Below are positions 19,710 through 24,675 of a stretch of DNA of 24,675 nucleotides, in pieces. Numbering within the stretch: position 1 is the first letter of the stretch; every line of letters starts with the position of its first letter. Location of the stretch: assembly GCA_964549305.1 (NCBI GenBank), contig CAZJVM010000021.1, positions 1 to 24,675 on the forward strand. The letters are read 5' to 3'. The notes under the pieces were generated by a model that searched no databases, was not told the origin of the DNA, and saw only the letters and a program-made list of their open reading frames with translations. A program made the position numbers and the translations under genes. Source of the DNA: an uncultured bacterium (GTDB lineage: Bacteria > Schekmanbacteria > GWA2-38-11 > J061).

Positions 19710-19739
19710 ATTGTAAATAGATTTTATTATGGATATCAA
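19710..19739 (-). promoter_or_regulatory. Putative sigma70 promoter upstream of dcd-like and the LPS genes
   Basis: On the minus strand TTGATA (19739-19734), 18-nt spacer, TACAAT (19715-19710), just upstream of the RBS. Confidence 0.45.
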
Positions 19740-19809
19740 TATTTTAAAAAGATACTCCTGCAACTTTGAAGGATATAGAGGTCATATATAGAAAAAGTAT
19801 GAAAGGAAA

Positions 19810-20355
19810 CTAACTGATTAAATTCATAAACTCCGCCCTTGTTTCAGGCCTTCTGAAAGCGCCGAGAATGGAACTCGTAACAACCTTCGCATCGTGTTCG
19901 TGAACTCCTCCCATCTTCATGCACAGTTGTTTTGCCTCAATAACAACAGCAACGCCAAGAGGATTTAATTCTTCATCAATTGTCTGGGCAATCTGATTTG
20001 TAAGGCGCTCCTGTATCTGAAGTCTTTTTGAATAAACTTCAACAAGTTTTGCCAGCCTATTTAACCCTACAAGTTTCTTTTTCGGAATATATGCGACATG
20101 GCATTTCCCGTAAAAGGGCAGAAGATGGTGTTCGCAAAGGCTGAAAATGTCTATACCCTTCAACAGTATCATTTCTTCGTAATCTTCTGTAAATCCGGAA
20201 CCCTGCAGCACTTTTTTGGGATCTTCTTTATAACCGCTTGTAAGAAACTCTATGGTTTCAATCACTCTTTTAGGTGTTTTAACGAGTCCTTCACGATTTA
20301 CATCTTCGCCGATTGCCGAAAGAATATCCCTTACATATTTTTCAACTTTTTCCAT
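19810..20355 (-). CDS. folE: GTP cyclohydrolase I (FolE) homolog with active-site substitutions
   Basis: GEDVNREGLVKTPKR, SLCEHHLLPFYG, HVAYIP, RLQIQERLT, GVAVVIEA, TRAEF identify FolE. ATG 20355 has GGGGA upstream; the ORF track extends to GTG 20424. GLNRLAK and EAKQLCMKMGGV deviate from consensus. Confidence 0.9.
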   Translation of the reverse strand: MEKVEKYVRDILSAIGEDVNREGLVKTPKRVIETIEFLTSGYKEDPKKVLQGSGFTEDYEEMILLKGIDIFSLCEHHLLPFYGKCHVAYIPKKKLVGLNRLAKLVEVYSKRLQIQERLTNQIAQTIDEELNPLGVAVVIEAKQLCMKMGGVHEHDAKVVTSSILGAFRRPETRAEFMNLIS

Positions 20356-20457
20356 AAACAAATGTTCCCCATTAAGAACTTTTTTCAAAACACAGAATAA
20401 AACGATAACCTCAAATGCTGTCACTGCATAGGGGTCAGAACTGTCAAATTCGGCGGG

Positions 20458-21120
20458 TTAGAGTATATCCTTATACTGGTCAGGGTCAAGAATAAAAGGG
20501 TTGCTGTTTTTTTCAATACCTATCTCGGTTTGAGGACCGTGACCGCAGTAAACCCTTATTTTATCTCCAAGGGGCAGAATTCCGTTGATAATGGAATCCA
20601 TTATGGCACTGTAACTGCCTCCGGGAAAATCAGTCCTTCCTATGGAACTTTTAAACAATGTGTCTCCGGAAAAAAGTATATCAGAAACCTTGTAACAGAC
20701 TCCCCCGCGCGTATGCCCCGGAGTATGGATTACATCGATATTGAATGTATCAAATGACATTTCTTCCTTTTTCCCCTGCAAAAAAATATCAACTGAGGGA
20801 ATCTCGCCGAATGTAAGACCAACCATTGCCGCCTGCTCATCTGCCTTTTTTAAAAGTTCCTCATCCTCCTGATGCAGTATGAAAGGAATTGAATATTTCC
20901 TCTTTAAATCAGCAACAGCACCAACGTGGTCAATATGGGCATGAGTAGCAAGAAGTGCCAGAGGTTTCAGGTCTTTCCCGTCTATTTCCGCAATTATTCT
21001 TTCTGCTTCATCACCCGGATCGACAATAAGGGCGTTTCCCGAGTCATCGCTTACTATAAAGCAATTTTCCATAAAGGGTCCCACTGTAAGGCACCCGATA
21101 TCTATTCTTTTCCCTTCCAC
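20458..21120 (-). CDS. Metallo-beta-lactamase-fold hydrolase (glyoxalase II / YcbL-GloC-like)
   Basis: THAHIDH (HxHxDH), HTPGHT, FSGDTLF, GRTDFPGG, GHG. GTG 21120 is preceded by a strong AAGGAGG; the ORF track start is 21153. Confidence 0.92.
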   Translation of the reverse strand: MEGKRIDIGCLTVGPFMENCFIVSDDSGNALIVDPGDEAERIIAEIDGKDLKPLALLATHAHIDHVGAVADLKRKYSIPFILHQEDEELLKKADEQAAMVGLTFGEIPSVDIFLQGKKEEMSFDTFNIDVIHTPGHTRGGVCYKVSDILFSGDTLFKSSIGRTDFPGGSYSAIMDSIINGILPLGDKIRVYCGHGPQTEIGIEKNSNPFILDPDQYKDIL

Positions 21121-21515
21121 TTCTCTCCTCCTTCCCACACTTCTTTTTTCCAAATAGGTGTTATTTCCTTTATTCTGTCGATTATATATTTGCAGGCGAG
21201 AAATCCGTCCCCTCTATGCGGTGACGATACGGCAATACCGACGCTCGCTTCCCCTACTGAAACTTTCCCGACTTTATGAAAAACGCATACTTCGGCAATT
21301 TTGAATTTTGACTTTGCCTCTTCGCCTATTTTCTCCATCTGCTCTTCAGCCATTTCGCTATAGGCATCGTAATCCAGACGGGAAATAACCCTGTCGTCTC
21401 CCTCGTCAACTGCGCGAGTCACTCCGAGAAACGTAACCACAGCGCCCGCTTTGGGAGTGGCCACCTTTTTCACAAGCTCATCTATCTTTATATCTTTTTC
21501 CGTTATTTTATACAT
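21102..21515 (-). CDS. moaE: Molybdopterin synthase catalytic subunit
   Basis: GAVVTFLG, AYSEMA, GEASV, VSSPHR, PIWKKE; follows moaD. Confidence 0.92.
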   Translation of the reverse strand: MYKITEKDIKIDELVKKVATPKAGAVVTFLGVTRAVDEGDDRVISRLDYDAYSEMAEEQMEKIGEEAKSKFKIAEVCVFHKVGKVSVGEASVGIAVSSPHRGDGFLACKYIIDRIKEITPIWKKEVWEGGEKWKGKE

Positions 21516-21780
21516 CTTTATTCCCTGATTTTTTCAACCCGCCACTCACAGGAGGTATGAGTGCAATTTCATCGCCATCTCTCAATATGGTTTCTCTGCC
21601 GCGATACTCCCTGTTAACGGCAACCATCAGGGATTTATCCATTTCCGCGATAATTTCATAGTTGCCGGAAAGCTTTCCCATTATTTCCTTCAGGGAAATA
21701 CCGTCGTCAACAGTTATATTTTCACTGCTTTTCCCGAGTTTTTCCCGAATAGCGGCAAAATAAAGAACTTTTATATTCAT
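21508..21780 (-). CDS. moaD: Molybdopterin synthase sulfur carrier subunit (MoaD/ThiS family) with a C-terminal extension after Gly-Gly
   Basis: IKVLYFAAIRE, VAVNREY, LRDGDEIALIPPVSGG, followed by LKKSGNKDV*. Confidence 0.9.
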   Translation of the reverse strand: MNIKVLYFAAIREKLGKSSENITVDDGISLKEIMGKLSGNYEIIAEMDKSLMVAVNREYRGRETILRDGDEIALIPPVSGGLKKSGNKDV

Positions 21781-22502
21781 ATCGTTTCCATCTTTTTTAT
21801 ATCTTCATAGATTTTCCTGCGGGCTTTTTCAAGGTCTTCGGGAAAGTCAATTTCAATCCACGGAAGGCCCTCCACTTCCAAAGCGTACAGGGGATAATCT
21901 TTTGCCAATTCCTTGAAGGCATAGGGTGCCCACTCCTTTACCCTTTTTTCCGCAATTATCTTACTCATAATGTTAAAAAGCTCTTTGCCGCCCTTCTCCC
22001 CGAATTTTATAATGCCCAGATTTTCACCGTCCGCCTCCTCACAGGGCATTGACTTGCTCATATCGGCAACCTTTCCGTCCCTTAGCTTCACCTTCATCTC
22101 TTCCTCGTCGAGAGTACTTCCGGAATCTATTGTGATACAGTCCTCCCGCGGCGATGAAACAAGATTTCCGATTATTGAAGGATGAAAAAAAACATCTGAA
22201 TTTAAAATAAGAAAGGAGCTTCCCGCTATATTTTTCACCGCAAGCCACAGGGAATAGATACTGCTTGTATTTTTGTAGTCGCTGTTATGAATGAAGTTAA
22301 ATCCTTCCCCGAGAGCTTTTCGTATCTTTTCTTCGCAAAATCCCGTAACCACCGTTATCTCATTAATCCCCGCCTTTCTGATGCTTTCAATCTGATGAGA
22401 AATAATCGTTCTGCCGCCAATCTCAAGAAGACATTTGGGTAAATCCAGAGTATAGGGATGGAGTCTTTTGCTCTCGCCTGCTGCAAGAATTACCGCTTTC
22501 AC
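21777..22502 (-). CDS. Phosphocholine/phosphonate cytidylyltransferase-like nucleotidyltransferase (LicC/PntC family)
   Basis: KAVILAAGESKRL, PKCLL, NSDV, EEEMKV, WIEIDFPEDL. GTG 22502 lies 11 nt downstream of AAGGAG; the ORF track start is TTG 22511. Confidence 0.8.
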   Translation of the reverse strand: MKAVILAAGESKRLHPYTLDLPKCLLEIGGRTIISHQIESIRKAGINEITVVTGFCEEKIRKALGEGFNFIHNSDYKNTSSIYSLWLAVKNIAGSSFLILNSDVFFHPSIIGNLVSSPREDCITIDSGSTLDEEEMKVKLRDGKVADMSKSMPCEEADGENLGIIKFGEKGGKELFNIMSKIIAEKRVKEWAPYAFKELAKDYPLYALEVEGLPWIEIDFPEDLEKARRKIYEDIKKMETI

Positions 22503-22507
22503 TAAAA

Positions 22508-23575
22508 TCAATTCTCCTTTAATTCAAGATATCTGTATATGGCTTCTACCGCTTTCCCCGTGGCGCAACCCCTGTTGTAGAAAAGGTCTTCAGCCATTTC
22601 ATTCCGTATTGCCGAATGCTCCGCGGGATTCTCAATTCCTCTTTGAATCGCTTCCGCAACCTCTTCAATGCCCTTTGCAATATAACCCGACTTTCTTCCC
22701 CATGTGTGGAGTTCTATGCTGTTTTTATATCTTTCTTCGAGTTTGGGAGTATCTATGAATACTATTGGTCTGTCAAGAAGGAGAAACTCGTTTGTTACCG
22801 AGCTGAGATCAGAAATCAGAAGGTCGCTTGAAAACAGATAGGGTATTATATCGTAATCTCTTATCACCCTTAATCTGCTGTTTTCTCTTTCCATATCTGA
22901 AAGCTTTTTCTTCCAATCTACAGGATTTCTTCTCAAATCATAGGAATGGTCATGAAGTTTGACCAATAGGTTTATCTTTTCTGCTGACAGTTTTTTAATA
23001 AGTTCGTCCCCTATTGTGTAAAGCGACGATTTCTGAGACCACGTGGGAGCGTAAATAACCACGGGCAGTTCGGGGTCAAGGGAAAGCTTTCCAAGAATTT
23101 CTTCACGGTTAATTGATTTGTTAACAAGCGCATCGAGCTTAGGCATTCCTATTTTTTCAATTCTCGAATCATCTTCCGAAAGGATGCCATCGCTCACAAA
23201 CTTTCTCCTCATATATTCACCTGTGATAAACAGCTTGTCAAAACTGAAAACTTTCCCGGAATATGCCTTGCCCTTGAAGGATACACCGTGAAATGTATGT
23301 ACCTTCAAACGGCATCTTCTTCCCGCCATCATTATGTCGGGGCTTATATAAAGGTCGAATTTCTTCAATCCCGCAAGGCGAAGGTTTATGAGTCTCTCGT
23401 TTGTCATTCCAAGTTTGTCTCTGTAAAGTTTTGCGGGATTTCTCGAACCTTCGTATTTCGAGCAAAAAAACACTTCTATCCTTTCATCCTTCTCCAGTTC
23501 TTTATGTACGGGCTTGAAAACAGCGTAATTCATCGGAGATACGCCGAAAAAGAGTATTTTTCTTATTGCCTTCAT
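22508..23575 (-). CDS. CDP-glycerol glycerophosphotransferase family protein (TagB/TagF-like)
   Basis: FHGVSFKG, GMPKLD, IYAPTW, VKLH, SDLLISDLSSVTNEFLLLDRPIVF. Confidence 0.85.
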   Translation of the reverse strand: MKAIRKILFFGVSPMNYAVFKPVHKELEKDERIEVFFCSKYEGSRNPAKLYRDKLGMTNERLINLRLAGLKKFDLYISPDIMMAGRRCRLKVHTFHGVSFKGKAYSGKVFSFDKLFITGEYMRRKFVSDGILSEDDSRIEKIGMPKLDALVNKSINREEILGKLSLDPELPVVIYAPTWSQKSSLYTIGDELIKKLSAEKINLLVKLHDHSYDLRRNPVDWKKKLSDMERENSRLRVIRDYDIIPYLFSSDLLISDLSSVTNEFLLLDRPIVFIDTPKLEERYKNSIELHTWGRKSGYIAKGIEEVAEAIQRGIENPAEHSAIRNEMAEDLFYNRGCATGKAVEAIYRYLELKEN

Positions 23576-23600
23576 ATTTTAATAAAATGAATATTTTGTT

Positions 23601-24617
23601 TTAAAGATTTCCCAATGAACTTTTCTTTGATTTCCAATCGCGGTGGATAGGTTTAAATGTATTGTAGAGGTTTAAAAAGTAATTTGAAAGCTTCCTGCTT
23701 TTAAGAAAATTGGGGATTAATGAAAGGTTGGAGTATTGCTCTTCTATGACTTCGCGAAACTCATCCTTTTCTTTCTCATCAAAGAGTCCTGATGGCGAAG
23801 ACTCCAGAAGTTCTATGGCATAATCGGCATATCCATACACAAAAGAGGCAGTTATCGCTTTTAATATTTTTGTTTTCTTTTCAATTTCATTCCCAATGAG
23901 TTTAATCTGGTTGAAGAAAATGCCTGAATTCTTGAAGTAGAGCGCATCGCCTCTTATGATTTGTCCTTTAACACCTCCGACTCTCATTCCTTTTTTTCTT
24001 TTCCAGTAATAAGGCCTTATATCAAAAAGCTCAAACCCCAGACTTCGCACAAAAGCGTCAACATCCGCAAAGAGCGGTTGTCCCCTGTAAACGGACGCGA
24101 ACTCCGCTTCCACTTCTATTCCGAAACAGGATTTTTTGAGAACTTCCGCTCCGCCTTCAAGGATGAAAAGATCGCATCCCTGAGTATCCAACTTTATAAA
24201 GTCAATGTCATCTATTCCGTTTTCTCTTAGCTGATTGTCAAGGGTATCACAATCAACAGAAACCGTTTTTACTGTGTCGAATTTGTTGGTTCTCGGAAAG
24301 GCGTTGAGAAAATCGAAATTGGGCTTGAATACAGAGCTAAGGCGCTGTTTTCTTGCCAGGTTGAATTCAAGCTTCCCTTTCTCCCTGTAAAGCACTTTGT
24401 CTATGAGCTTGAGCTTTATTCCCCCTTTTTTTTCTCCGGAAAGCTCCAGCGCCGCCCTTTCGTCGGGCTCGAAGGCAACCACGGTAAGATTCCTTTTGAC
24501 ATTTTTCCAATTATCGGGAAGACTTCCGCTTGCCCCTACATCTACAAGGACTATATTGGACTTCCCGTAGTATTTACTGAATAAATCACTTATGAATAGA
24601 TCTCGTTTTTTATTCAT
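23601..24617 (-). CDS. FkbM-family SAM-dependent methyltransferase
   Basis: LVDVGASG, AFEPD, CDTLD, IDFIKLDTQGCDLFILEG, EVE, YRGQPLF. Confidence 0.88.
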   Translation of the reverse strand: MNKKRDLFISDLFSKYYGKSNIVLVDVGASGSLPDNWKNVKRNLTVVAFEPDERAALELSGEKKGGIKLKLIDKVLYREKGKLEFNLARKQRLSSVFKPNFDFLNAFPRTNKFDTVKTVSVDCDTLDNQLRENGIDDIDFIKLDTQGCDLFILEGGAEVLKKSCFGIEVEAEFASVYRGQPLFADVDAFVRSLGFELFDIRPYYWKRKKGMRVGGVKGQIIRGDALYFKNSGIFFNQIKLIGNEIEKKTKILKAITASFVYGYADYAIELLESSPSGLFDEKEKDEFREVIEEQYSNLSLIPNFLKSRKLSNYFLNLYNTFKPIHRDWKSKKSSLGNL

Positions 24618-24675
24618 AATATTTACGGTATTCGTTACGGCAAAAGTTCCTTTCTCTCAGCTTTCACATTATAAT

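Noticed and set aside
20356-20424. 23-aa N-terminal extension of FolE in the ORF track
   Set aside because: Family similarity starts near ATG 20355, which has a plausible RBS; the extension is probably untranslated.
20356-20457. Possible riboswitch (preQ1, THF, ZTP, Moco) upstream of folE
   Set aside because: I cannot find the conserved sequence or structure elements of these classes, and there is no convincing stem set.
24660-24675. TATAAT on the minus strand (24673-24668) as the -10 box for the FkbM gene
   Set aside because: The -35 region lies outside the window, so it cannot be supported.
1-24675. CRISPR arrays, tRNA/rRNA, transposases, integrases, phage or defence genes
   Set aside because: No periodic repeats, cloverleaf/rRNA signatures or such protein motifs were seen; nearly all sequence is accounted for by the listed CDSs.

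Overview
Bacterial (diderm) chromosomal window, moderately AT-rich, with no rRNA, tRNA, CRISPR or mobile element that I can support. The left part holds the 3' end of a PEP-CTERM protein gene with a strong terminator, then a TPR protein and a sulfatase-like/TPR lipoprotein on +. These converge on a minus-strand hisB-hisH-hisA-hisF-hisI-coaE operon. Divergent from hisB is an orphan PAS histidine kinase with a periplasmic CXXCH (heme c) motif. The right ~15 kb is one minus-strand run: FkbM methyltransferase, TagB/TagF-like glycerophosphotransferase, LicC/PntC-like cytidylyltransferase, moaD, moaE, MBL-fold hydrolase, folE-like, dcd-like, two GT4s, waaL-like ligase, msbA, a sulfatase-like enzyme, a GT4 and a GT-C-like membrane protein. 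The most unusual signal is the moaD-moaE-MBL-folE-dcd block inside this envelope cluster, where several enzymes deviate at normally conserved positions. FolE keeps its Zn and guanine residues but has His179->Gln, Arg185->Gly and GLSK->GLNR (E. coli numbering). Dcd has its catalytic Glu replaced by Ala. MoaD's Gly-Gly is masked by a 9-residue tail. This may be a repurposed nucleotide/sulfur pathway or a set of decaying paralogs. Both sulfatase-like proteins carry a Thr-x-Pro-x-His motif instead of C/S-x-P-x-R. All residue correspondences come from recalled family motifs, not from computed alignments.
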